A DNA stretch of 52,692 bases from the IMG/VR virus record IMGVR_UViG_3300014827_000003, positions 1 to 52,692 of that record. The stretch is one strand, 5' to 3'. Under the pieces are notes generated by a model, which saw only the letters and a list, made by a program, of their open reading frames with translations, ran no database searches and was not told the DNA's origin. This DNA comes from a virus. Lineage: Duplodnaviria > Caudoviricetes. Positions 18,249 to 28,400 of this stretch are shown in pieces. Within the stretch, counting starts at the first letter, position 1. Each line of letters starts with the position of its first letter. The position numbers and the translations under genes are program-made.

Positions 18249-19081
18249 TGGGGAATGCAAGTGTAACTTTTGAAGTTTATGATGGTGGGAAACTTAGACA
18301 AGATTGGACTATTGAAGCTGACTTAACTAACGAACTCACGTTAAAAGATTTAAGAAACACCTTAAAGTTAATGATAATTGAAACGGCCAATGCTACCTTC
18401 GAAGAAGAACTAGCACTAGGGTTTGATAAAGGTGCAACAGTATTTGTAGATAAAAACCCTAGAAAACTTTTAGCCGATGTAGACCCTTTCGGAAGAGTTG
18501 ATATAGTAGCTCGTCAAAATATGTCTGAAATTTTAATGTACATCTACAATAAAATTATAGAAAAATCTCCAGTTAAAACTGGAAAATATATAAGTGAAAA
18601 TGTCGTGTTCGTAAACAACATACAAGTTGCGGATAATCCAGCTCAGTTAAAATCCTACCTGGAGGGTTTAGACTTTCTCAGTAAGGATAAAATACGATTT
18701 GTGAACTTGGCACCGTATGCTAGAAAATTAGAAAGGTACGCTGTGACCAAAGATAAAAAAGCCGTACCTAAAATTAATAAAAAGAAAGATAGAAGCTATT
18801 TAGGATCTGACTCCTTATTACCAAATGGTGTTTATGCTTTAACCTCTAGGCTGGCCATATCTCAATACGGGAAGAATGCCTTTATACAGTTCTCCTTTAT
18901 TGATGGAGAACAAATAAGCGGAGTAGCTACTTCGGCCAAAGGGGCAGCAATCAATAGATATAAAAACGGTAAAGGTAGTGGTAGAAAGAGTAGTGACAGA
19001 ACTGGAAAATCTTATTTCTATCCTAGCATTACGGTAAGCGTAATTGGGTCAGCAATCTTAACTCAAGGGGATCTTCAATGA
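18248..19081 (+). CDS. putative tail-completion/neck protein (HK97 gp10-like)
   Basis: SPVKTGKY, NLAPYARKLE. Confidence 0.6.
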   Translation: MGNASVTFEVYDGGKLRQDWTIEADLTNELTLKDLRNTLKLMIIETANATFEEELALGFDKGATVFVDKNPRKLLADVDPFGRVDIVARQNMSEILMYIYNKIIEKSPVKTGKYISENVVFVNNIQVADNPAQLKSYLEGLDFLSKDKIRFVNLAPYARKLERYAVTKDKKAVPKINKKKDRSYLGSDSLLPNGVYALTSRLAISQYGKNAFIQFSFIDGEQISGVATSAKGAAINRYKNGKGSGRKSSDRTGKSYFYPSITVSVIGSAILTQGDLQ

Positions 19082-19530
19082 GTAGTCAATATGTGAGAGA
19101 TTCCATTATAGCCTTTATTGGCACTGAAATCCCTGGAGAAAAGTTAGTGGATTTCACGGCCGAGTTTGAAGAGCTATCCGACTTTCTGGAATACAATAAC
19201 ATTGGGCCTGGAGATAATTGGATTGCGGTCCAGTTTGTCGGGTCAGAAGAGATCCCCGTAGATGTTCGTGGAACAAATACAAAAGGAACTTACCGAGAAA
19301 TTGGCTTGGTGCATATCCACGTTGTATCGGTTGCCAGATTGGGTGGACACAATGATATACTAACTAGGGCAGAGGCCATTAGAGATAAATTTAGAGGTCA
19401 GAGAATTGACACTATTTTAATCGAAAGTGTTTCTCCTCCCAATTTTGGGACAGGAATAGCATTAAACTTTTCAGGTGGATATACTGCTGCTACATTTAAT
19501 ATCGGGTTTCAAAGAGATCTTAATTTATAA
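19078..19530 (+). CDS. putative tail terminator
   Basis: Size and position before tube; RE.G.V.IHV...A..IRD.FRG. Confidence 0.6.
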   Translation: MSSQYVRDSIIAFIGTEIPGEKLVDFTAEFEELSDFLEYNNIGPGDNWIAVQFVGSEEIPVDVRGTNTKGTYREIGLVHIHVVSVARLGGHNDILTRAEAIRDKFRGQRIDTILIESVSPPNFGTGIALNFSGGYTAATFNIGFQRDLNL

Positions 19531-19542
19531 GGGGAAAACATA

Positions 19543-21018
19543 ATGAGTTCATCTAACCTCGTCCAAGTATCATTCGTAGAAGAAGTAATAGTAGGTGTAA
19601 CACCCTCACTACAAGCTTTTTTAGTTGTTCAAGATTTAACATATACTGCAGATGCAATTGGTGAAGGTGGAAACGCAATCTCGATTACATACACAACTGG
19701 TGGAGTTGCAGGATCAGAAGTAGTAACAGTTGTAGGAAGTGCAATTTCAGTACAAATAGCTTCAGGTATCTCTACTGCAACTCAAGTTAAAGCAGCAGTA
19801 GACTTATCAGTAGCAGCTTCAGCTTTAATATCAGTAGCAATCTCAGGAGTAGGTACAACAGCTCAAGTTTCAGCTTCTCTATTAGAACTACAGAGTGGGA
19901 TTGGTGATTTAACTCAAGCTAGATTTACTAACGAAAGTTTATCTGCTACACCAGGAACAACTGAATCAAAACAACTAAGAACAGATCGTATGTCAAGTGG
20001 ACAAGTTGTTACTGGTTTGACAGTGGAAGGCTCGCTTAATTTTGAATTAGCTAAAGAAGATGCAGTAGATAAATTGATGGCAGGAGCAATGTTAAATGCA
20101 TGGGACGTTCTCGCTCCAGTTACAGTTAATTTAACAATCACAGCAGCTTCAAAACATATCACAAGAGCAACTGGTGATTGGTCCGCAGCTTTAGTTATCG
20201 GAGATATTATAACTCTTTCTGGATTCTCAAATGCTGCAAACAATACTCAAGTGCAAATTGTAGAATTTATTTCTCCTACAGTTATTAGAGTTGTAGCTAA
20301 TGGAATTATAGTAGATGAAGCTGCTACAGCAAACATTTATACTCGCGCAGACAAATTAACAATCGGATCACATATTAAATCTTTTTCAATGGAAAAAGTA
20401 TTTACTGACTTAACAACTAAAGCTCTTATCTATAAGGGACAAGTTGTAAATGCAATGGATTTAAAAGTTGCTTATGGTTCAATTATCGAAGGAACTTTCG
20501 GATTTACTGGAACTAAATACGAATCAGTAAGTGCAGCAGTAGATTTTATTTCATACCAAAAAACTGTCATTCCAGCAGCTACAACTAACTCAATGAACGG
20601 TTCAATTGATATGCCTTTCATCAACTCAGATGTTCTTGGAACACTTGATGAAGTTTCATTTTGTATCCAATCAGTAAGTTTGGCTTTGGCAAACAACTAC
20701 CAAGCTCAAACCTGTATTGGAGAAGCTGCTCCTAAAGCCCACACTCCGGGACAAGCTGCAATCTCAATTGATATGAGTACATATCTTTCAGATGTAAACT
20801 GGAGCATCATTGGTAAAAAATTAACTCAAGCCCCTTTTGCTCTTGGGTTCATGGTTAAGAATATCGATGGATGGTACGGATTTTATCTTCCTGCCCTGCA
20901 AGTGTCTTTCCCTGACCCTTCAACTGGTGGCGCGAATCAACAAATTTCACTAGCAATGAAAGGAGTCGCTAAGGTCGGAGCTAGCGGAGAGTCTGCTTTA
21001 GTAATTTACAGAAGCTAA
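19543..21018 (+). CDS. major tail tube protein with inserted domains
   Basis: RFTNESL, S.QLR.DR, V.G..NFEL, SFSMEK.F.D, I.SVSL.L.NN motifs. Confidence 0.8.
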   Translation: MSSSNLVQVSFVEEVIVGVTPSLQAFLVVQDLTYTADAIGEGGNAISITYTTGGVAGSEVVTVVGSAISVQIASGISTATQVKAAVDLSVAASALISVAISGVGTTAQVSASLLELQSGIGDLTQARFTNESLSATPGTTESKQLRTDRMSSGQVVTGLTVEGSLNFELAKEDAVDKLMAGAMLNAWDVLAPVTVNLTITAASKHITRATGDWSAALVIGDIITLSGFSNAANNTQVQIVEFISPTVIRVVANGIIVDEAATANIYTRADKLTIGSHIKSFSMEKVFTDLTTKALIYKGQVVNAMDLKVAYGSIIEGTFGFTGTKYESVSAAVDFISYQKTVIPAATTNSMNGSIDMPFINSDVLGTLDEVSFCIQSVSLALANNYQAQTCIGEAAPKAHTPGQAAISIDMSTYLSDVNWSIIGKKLTQAPFALGFMVKNIDGWYGFYLPALQVSFPDPSTGGANQQISLAMKGVAKVGASGESALVIYRS

Positions 21019-21100
21019 TTAACAAGTGAGAATATTGCTAGGCTTCCTTTTTCGCTATAGCAATTATCACTTACCAGTGATTTCCCTAAAAAAGCCTATT

Positions 21101-21130
21101 GGCCCTAAAGAAATTTAGGGCCTTTCTTTT
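21101..21130 (+). terminator. intrinsic terminator
   Basis: GGCCCTAAA-GAAA-TTTAGGGCC plus TTTCTTTT. Confidence 0.8.
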
Positions 21131-21200
21131 CTTGACTATCCATACCTAGCAACTAAAAATAGATCATTGAAATAAAAAATGGTCTTTACGGAGTTGTAAA

Positions 21201-21596
21201 ATGAAAACAAATTTAGATTCTCTCTACAAAACTGATACTAAATTAGAGTCAGAAGGTATCTGGTTAAATCTATCTAGCAATGTAGGTTTCCTTGTTAAAA
21301 GATTCGGGGGATCAAATAGCCCTAAAGTTAAAGCAGCTATGGCCAGACTCTATAAACCATTCGCAAGAATGATCGAAAATGACACAATGCCGGAAGCAGA
21401 ACAGAAAAGAATTATGATTAGAATTTTTGTTGAGGCCTCAGTTATCGATTGGAAAGGAATTGAGATTGATGGAAAACTAACTCCTTATTCTTCGGATATT
21501 GCAGTTAAGTTTTTCGAGAATCTTCCAGAAGTATTTGACACAATTATGAAATACGCTTCTGACTATGCTAATTTCAAGGAAGATGTGGGAAACTAA
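21201..21596 (+). CDS. tail assembly chaperone (gpG-like)
   Basis: Between tube and tape measure; EGIW...VKRFGG, DWKGI; ends at slippery site. Confidence 0.8.
   Translation: MKTNLDSLYKTDTKLESEGIWLNLSSNVGFLVKRFGGSNSPKVKAAMARLYKPFARMIENDTMPEAEQKRIMIRIFVEASVIDWKGIEIDGKLTPYSSDIAVKFFENLPEVFDTIMKYASDYANFKEDVGN
21587..21593 (+). other. -1 programmed ribosomal frameshift site GGGAAAC
   Basis: G GGA AAC TAA; -1 frame reads GGG AAA CTA ATG into the ORF at 21596. Confidence 0.8.
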
Positions 21597-21940
21597 TGGC
21601 CCGATGGGTTGAATGGGTAAATGAGTGGGGAGATAAAATAAATAGTGGCTGGTATGATAAGCTGCTCTCCCAAGGAAAGATTAAGCCCAAGGATATTCAA
21701 CCCAACGTAGAGCCTTTTGCGTTCTATAGGGATGCTTTTATAGAGCTATCTACTTGTCGCAACGGGGAAGGGCCAATACCTTTTACATCTCTTCTGGAAT
21801 ACTTTAATATTTACAAAGAAGATGAGGATGACTTTGAAGATTTTCTTCATATTATCCGAGCAATGGACAGTAAGCTATTGGATCACTTAAATGCCAAAAA
21901 GACTGCTGTAACTACTCAAGGGAATACTAATGGGTCTTAG
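21596..21940 (+). CDS. tail assembly chaperone C-terminal part (gpT-like)
   Basis: In -1 frame from gpG; F.ELSTCR..GPIP, IRAMD. Confidence 0.75.
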   Translation: MARWVEWVNEWGDKINSGWYDKLLSQGKIKPKDIQPNVEPFAFYRDAFIELSTCRNGEGPIPFTSLLEYFNIYKEDEDDFEDFLHIIRAMDSKLLDHLNAKKTAVTTQGNTNGS

Positions 21941-24248
21941 AAGCCAAACTAGAGTTATTACAGTTAAAGTCCAGACCGATGGTGAAACTCAATTAAAAAA
22001 TGTTAATGAGAATTTAAAAACTCTGAACAAGACAGTTAAAGACTCTTCAATTTCTTTCGAAAGTTTGAAGAATAAGTTCTTATCTTTAGCAGCTACCCTA
22101 GGACTAGGGTTTGGGGCCAAGAGTCTAATGGAAATGGCAGACTCTATGTCCCTGTTAAGAGATAGAACTGCGTCTATGACAGGATCAGCAGAAATAGCGT
22201 CGGTAGTTATAGATAGAATAAGTGAAGCGGCCAATAGAACTAAAACTTCTATTAAAGATTTTGCCCTGACTTTTGAAAAATTGACTATCGCTACAAGCAA
22301 TCAGAAATTAACTTCTTCTGAAGTAGTGAAGATTACGGAGTTATTGACACAAACTTTTAAAATATCCGGGGCGAGTGCACAGCAACAAACTACCAGTATG
22401 AACTTGTTAAATAGGGCATTTGAGACGGGCACAGTAAGGGGGAGAGATTTAAGATCCCTAATGGTAAATAACGAATACCTATTTAGGTTAATTGCCGACA
22501 GCATGGGTAAAGCTGGAGTCAGCAATGAGCAATTACTTCTAAAAGGAATACCTGTATCCGATATGTTGCGAATAATGAGTTCCAATATGGGAGACATAAA
22601 TCGCCATGCCAATGACCTCCAACAAACTTTTGGCCAGACGCTAACTATAGCGATGAATAAATTGACGGTAGAAGCTGGGAAGTTAAATGACGAATTTAAA
22701 CTAAGCAGTAAATTTGCTGATTTCATGTCGTATATTTTTGAGCATGGAAGTGACATAGCTAAAGCTATTGGAGCTATTGCTGCCGGGATTGTAGTTTACA
22801 AATATGCCTTGATGGGAGTTGAGGGAGTTTTAGCACTAATTAATATAGAACTAGCAGGACTTCCTTTATTATTGGGGTTGTTAGTTACAGGGGGAGTTGC
22901 CCTTGCAACTAATTTTGATAATTTTGCTACAAAAATATCTAATTCCCTTATAGGTCTAAAAACGTACTTCAATGAAGCATACCTAGGGTTTAGTAATTTA
23001 AGATTATCCGTAGCTAATTTCTTTGGGGTAGGAGTAGGCGGAATTGAGAAAGATATTAAAAGTGCCCGAGAGCAACTAGCAAAATTAAAAAATGAAGCAG
23101 ATGTTAGCAAACTAGCAGCAGAGGAAGCGAGGGGGAAATTTTCTACTCCTTTAACTGCTGGAACTCCTGCCTTAGACCCCAGCCACTACATTACACCTAA
23201 GCCTGACTACAATCCCTTAAAAGATATTAAGGACACCAAAGCTGAGATTGGTTTATTGGATGAGGCTTTTAACTTAGGGTATTTAACTGTAGAGACATAT
23301 AATAAATCATTAGAGAATTTAACAGAACACTATTTATCAGTGGAACAAAGTATTGGAAAAATATCATTTGCTAAACTGACTGAAGAAATGGAAAAGCTAA
23401 ACAGGTCTAATGTCGGAAGATTATTTGAAACAGGAAAACTAACTCTAAATGAATATAATGTGGCCCTCAAACAATTAGACTTAGCTGACATAACCCGAAA
23501 ATTTAATGAGGGTAAAGTTTCTGTTCTTGCATACAACCAAGCTCTTCTAAAACTCTCCGACCATTTCGAAGGAAGATCAGCAGCTTTTGTTGGGATTGAT
23601 AACTATATAGAGTCATCTGGAACGCTTGCACAAAACGTAGCTAAAAATATTACACTCGTATTCAATACATTAGAAAATACTTTTACTGATTTCATCAAAA
23701 CAGGAACATTTGAATTTAAGAAATTTGCCCAAGCAGTACTAGATGATTTAACTAGAATCATAGTAAGAGCTGCCATCATTCAACCACTGGCCAAAGGGAT
23801 TTTGGGGGGATTAAATTTCGGTGGGAGTAGTCCTACAGCAAATGGGTCTGCTGACTTAGCAGGAGGAAGCTCTGCTAATTTAGCAGCTAACGGTTTTGCT
23901 CCCTATGGTTCAGGAGTTTCAATGTTTGCAAATGGGGGAGTAGTAAGTTCTCCCACGATGTTTAAGTACGGTGCTGGACTGAATGGAGTGATGGGAGAAG
24001 CTGGACCAGAAGCAATTCTTCCTTTAACCCGTGGATCTAATGGGAAGCTTGGAGTAAGTGGTGGTGGGACTACAGTCAATATTATAAATAATTCTGGATC
24101 TGAAATTACTCAAACTCAATCTACTGGAGCTGATGGATCTAAAGTTATTGATATTCTAATTGCCAATAAAACTAAAGATCTTTTTGCTAGTGGTGGAATG
24201 GATAAAACAATGAAACTGGCATACGGTTTAAATCGTAAAGGCGTATAG
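21930..24248 (+). CDS. tape measure protein
   Basis: Long helical protein; C-terminal FANGGVV..PT.F..G..GEAGPEAILPL. Confidence 0.92.
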   Translation: MGLRSQTRVITVKVQTDGETQLKNVNENLKTLNKTVKDSSISFESLKNKFLSLAATLGLGFGAKSLMEMADSMSLLRDRTASMTGSAEIASVVIDRISEAANRTKTSIKDFALTFEKLTIATSNQKLTSSEVVKITELLTQTFKISGASAQQQTTSMNLLNRAFETGTVRGRDLRSLMVNNEYLFRLIADSMGKAGVSNEQLLLKGIPVSDMLRIMSSNMGDINRHANDLQQTFGQTLTIAMNKLTVEAGKLNDEFKLSSKFADFMSYIFEHGSDIAKAIGAIAAGIVVYKYALMGVEGVLALINIELAGLPLLLGLLVTGGVALATNFDNFATKISNSLIGLKTYFNEAYLGFSNLRLSVANFFGVGVGGIEKDIKSAREQLAKLKNEADVSKLAAEEARGKFSTPLTAGTPALDPSHYITPKPDYNPLKDIKDTKAEIGLLDEAFNLGYLTVETYNKSLENLTEHYLSVEQSIGKISFAKLTEEMEKLNRSNVGRLFETGKLTLNEYNVALKQLDLADITRKFNEGKVSVLAYNQALLKLSDHFEGRSAAFVGIDNYIESSGTLAQNVAKNITLVFNTLENTFTDFIKTGTFEFKKFAQAVLDDLTRIIVRAAIIQPLAKGILGGLNFGGSSPTANGSADLAGGSSANLAANGFAPYGSGVSMFANGGVVSSPTMFKYGAGLNGVMGEAGPEAILPLTRGSNGKLGVSGGGTTVNIINNSGSEITQTQSTGADGSKVIDILIANKTKDLFASGGMDKTMKLAYGLNRKGV

Positions 24249-24250
24249 TT

Positions 24251-24601
24251 ATGGCAGCAACATGGCCCTCAACCTTAGAACAAAAATTAAATGAAAGTGG
24301 ATTCACTATTGGGTTCCCTGTTTCATATATCGAATCTGAAACTGAAATAGGGCCGAAGAAACGGAGACGAAGAACTACCCAAACGTATGAACAACTATCA
24401 TGCTCAATCATTATAGAAAAGTCACTTTATGACACTTTCAAAACATTTTATGATGTGACATTGAGTGGGGGTGTTCTGCCATTCGAGTTTAATCATCCTA
24501 TCTCTGGAGTATTAACTCAATATAGAATGGGAGCTCCATCTTTTACACCTATGGGTGGAACTTATTTTAACCTAAGCATGACTTGGGAGGCTCAACCATA
24601 A
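24251..24601 (+). CDS. distal tail protein (gpM-like)
   Basis: WP..L, GP.K.RRR.T, F..FY..TL..G..PF.F.HP. Confidence 0.75.
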   Translation: MAATWPSTLEQKLNESGFTIGFPVSYIESETEIGPKKRRRRTTQTYEQLSCSIIIEKSLYDTFKTFYDVTLSGGVLPFEFNHPISGVLTQYRMGAPSFTPMGGTYFNLSMTWEAQP

Positions 24602-25071
24602 GTAACGCACTATCTCCTGAATTATTAACTCAACTCTATGGACAAGAAAGTGATGACCCATTCCTAATGTTGGTCACACTCTCTCACCCAAATTTTGTCT
24701 CTACTCAGTATTTAGTAAATAATACTGCCAATATTGTTTCTAATTTAATTACCTATACAGCTTTCCCGATGAAAATAACTCTTCCAGTAGATGACGGAGA
24801 AACTATTCGGCAAGTTAAAATTGATTTCGATAACGTGGGAAGAGATTTAATATATGAAATAAGGTCTATCACAACCCCAATTTCAGCAAAAATAGATATG
24901 ATCCTAGCCTCCAACCCGGATCAAGTTCAAGTAACCTTGGATGGCCTGAGCATTAGGAATATTAGTTATGATAAAAGTAAAATATCTGCTGCCCTAGTCC
25001 TAGACGACTTCCTCAATACTTCGATGACATCAGAACAGTATAGCCCAAGCGCATACCCGGGAATTTTCTAG
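24583..25071 (+). CDS. minor tail/hub protein (DUF1833-like); possible ATA start at 24598
   Basis: LVTLSHP, Y.AFP..I.LP, DNV, Y.P..YPGIF. Confidence 0.75.
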   Translation: MGGSTISNALSPELLTQLYGQESDDPFLMLVTLSHPNFVSTQYLVNNTANIVSNLITYTAFPMKITLPVDDGETIRQVKIDFDNVGRDLIYEIRSITTPISAKIDMILASNPDQVQVTLDGLSIRNISYDKSKISAALVLDDFLNTSMTSEQYSPSAYPGIF

Positions 25072-25427
25072 TGTACTCCTCCCTAATAGGAGTTCCTTAT
25101 TTGGAACTTGACTGCTGGGGAATCGCCCGAGAGTTCTACAGATTGCAATTTAACACAGAGCTTAAAAGATATTACGATGAGATCCCTCAAAATCGTGCAA
25201 TTGCAGAAAATTTAATTTACACTAACAAAGGTGATTTTAAAAAAATTGAAAGCCCTGAATTCGGGGATATTATTTTAATAAAACTCTTTGGAGTAGAATC
25301 ACACATAGCTATTTATTTGGGTGGTGGAAAGATACTCCACACTTCTAAGAATCATGGATGCCATATCGATTCTCTTAAAAAATGGGAGAAGGTGGTGGTA
25401 GCTTTTTACAGAGTTATGAATGATTAA
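25071..25427 (+). CDS. NlpC/P60 tail-tip assembly peptidase (gpK-like)
   Basis: DCWG, GDII, HIAIYLGGGKILH. Confidence 0.85.
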   Translation: MYSSLIGVPYLELDCWGIAREFYRLQFNTELKRYYDEIPQNRAIAENLIYTNKGDFKKIESPEFGDIILIKLFGVESHIAIYLGGGKILHTSKNHGCHIDSLKKWEKVVVAFYRVMND

Positions 25428-28400
25428 AATAAAATTAAACGCAATAGCTAGTAAAGAAAATACCGTAAAATTTATTCCTGATGAGACTCTGGATAAATTA
25501 ATAAATAGATCCCTACTAGATTATGGATTAAATCCTGCTGATGAAAAGATCCTTCAATATTTCTGTGCTTTCTTAGACGGAAAAGAGATCCCCAGAGAAT
25601 TTTGGGAATATTGCTCCGTAGAAGAAAGTGCAGAAATATTGATTGCTCCTGTATTAAAGGGAGGAGATTTTGGGCAGATATTTGGGCAGATATTAGTTTT
25701 AGCTGCGGTAGTAACTGCTGCGTACCTCACAGCAGGTATGAGTAATTGGGCAATTGCAGGTATTGTGGGAGCTACCTCTATTGGAGCTACTCTACTCGTC
25801 CATGCCTTAATACCTCCACCTATCCCCGGAGGTTTAGGAGGATTCAGTTCTTCTGGAAATAGCTACGCTGACTCTCAGATGAACAGCATTGCTGGCCAAT
25901 CTAATTCAGTTAAAAAATTTGGAAATGTTCCTAAAGTTTACGGAACATATAAAACTTATCCCAACGTAGCAGCAGCCCCCTACACTGAATTAGAAACTGA
26001 TGTATCCACGGGGCAATTAGTCCAGTATTTCTATGCAGTTTATGATTTTGGTTTCGGCCCTGCAGTTATTAGCGATATAAAATTAGGCGATACTTCAATT
26101 AATAGTTTCACTGATTGGCAAATAAACTTAGTAGATTTCAATAAACCGGCAATCAGCGAAGGTTATTGGGATGATGCCACATCTAATTCTCTTAAATACT
26201 ATAAGGGAGAAGTGTCAGTTGATTCGACTGCTGCTGCAATTAATTTAAATAAAAATGATGCTGGGACTTCCCCAGATGACTATCAAGTAACTAGATCTGC
26301 TGCTGCCAATCCGAGTAGCTATACTCAAGAAATTTCACTAGATTTCGTTTGTCCAAAAGGTCTTTATTGTTTAGGGACTAATGGAGATAGATCTAGCAGG
26401 ACGATAGAATTAGAAATCTATTTTTCTAAGGTCGGAGCAAATGATTGGAAAGCCTATAATGACCCCCTATACGTTTCATCTTTTCTCTCCGCTGGTGGAA
26501 CTGATGCTGAATTTAAGTCCTCAAAGCTAACTCCGGCCCCAGGTATAATTGGAGATGCTTACTCAGTTTTGATCCATAGATATGTATATGTAGCATACGT
26601 TTGGATTAGCGCAACTAAACAATATGCTCTAACCCACTATTTCAATGTAGTCTACGCTGCTGGAACTTCACAAATAATTGTAGCGACTTCAGAAATAAAT
26701 GTTGGGGACATTCTTGGCCAAGGGACAGAAAATTTTGGGACTGTAACAAGCTTAACTGCTCTTGCAAGCAGGACAGGATTCTCTTTAGCAACTATCGATG
26801 TACCGCTATCTAGAGATATTGTAGTAGCTCAAGTGTCTTATTATGATAGGAGTGGACTCACTGACACCACCCCTCCTTGGCAAGGATCTCTTGGAGCTCC
26901 AATTGTTAAGCAAAATTTATCTTATGGTAAAGTAGCAATAACAGCTAATAGTCAAAGCCAAATATTTGCTACCTTTAAATTTAAACCTCGTGAGATTGCA
27001 GCGTATGAAGTGCGAGTTACGAGGATAACATCTCACTCGATATATACGTTTCAAGTGGGGGATGAGTTATCCCTATACGAAATTGTAACTAGATTTGATG
27101 CAGCTCCGATTGTTACAACTAATCGCCATTTATTTTTAGAGATAAAAATAAAAGCAACTAACCAATTAAATGGGACAATCCAAAATTTATCCGCAGTATG
27201 CTCCTCAGTTTTAGACACCTATGATACTGGAACATCTTCATGGGTTAAAAAAGTTACAGATAATCCTGCATGGGTTTTTGTAGATTTAATGACAGGCGAA
27301 ATTAATAAGAGAAAAATTTCTAAAGATAGATTGGATCTAACCTCTATCCTTGAGTGGGAAGCTTTTTGTAATGAGATTCCGGTACCCCCTCCCTCAACTA
27401 CCTACACAATGAAGAGGTTTGGGACCAATTTTATTTTAGACTATTCTACTACCCTCCAAGGGGTAATTGGAACTGTGGCCAATGCTGCTCAGGCCAGTTT
27501 AAATATGGTGGATGGGAAGTATGGAGTTCTAATTGATAAAAAAAGAACTATTCCAGTACAAATATTTACTCCCAGAAATTCTAGTGGATTCTCTTCAACT
27601 CGAAACTATTCTGATCCCCCTGATGCTATAAAAGTAGTTTTTGCTGACCCAAATTTAAACTGGCAGCAATCCGAAAGAGTAGTTTACAGTGACGGGTTTA
27701 ATGCAGTTAATTCTGTTAAGTTTGACAGTCTCCCATCTTTTGCTTGCACTAACCACGAACAAGCTTGGAGATTTGGCCGATACATGATGGCCCAAAATAG
27801 ATTGAGACAAGAACAAATTTCTATTACGGTTGATTTTGAGTACTTAGTTTGTACCCGTGGGGATTATGTTCAAATTACTCAGGACGTAATGTTAGTCGGA
27901 GGGCAACCAGCAAGAGTAAAAACAGTAGTTGGAACAACTATTACAATAGATGATGGGGTCACAACAACTATTGGTCCTAGCTACGGATATGTCTCTAGAG
28001 GCCCTTCAGGAATAATTACTAATACTCTAACTGTTATCGATTCCACTACTTTTATTTTGGCCGGAGCTATCCCAGGGGTTGGAGATCTAATTGTTATCGG
28101 AGAAGTTGGTTCAATTGTTTTAGATTGTATCGTAAAAGCAATTTCTCCTTCTGATGCTTTGACGGCCCAATTACTGCTGGTAGAAAAAGCTGACGCAGTT
28201 TATGATGCAGAATCTACTATGGATAATCCTGCATACTCGCCACAATTAACCACTTCATTGGGGGATAGTACTACTCCTCCTGGGGAAGTTAGAAGTTTAG
28301 AAATAGCTAGCAATAGTTGGAAGTTCAATGGGTCAGGATATGACTATTATATAGGACTTGATTGGGGAGTTCCGACTACAGGTGGAGCTTATGAGGCATT

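Noticed and set aside
21019-21200. tRNA or structured ncRNA after the tail tube gene
   Set aside because: Only short hairpins and a terminator; no cloverleaf or T-loop consensus
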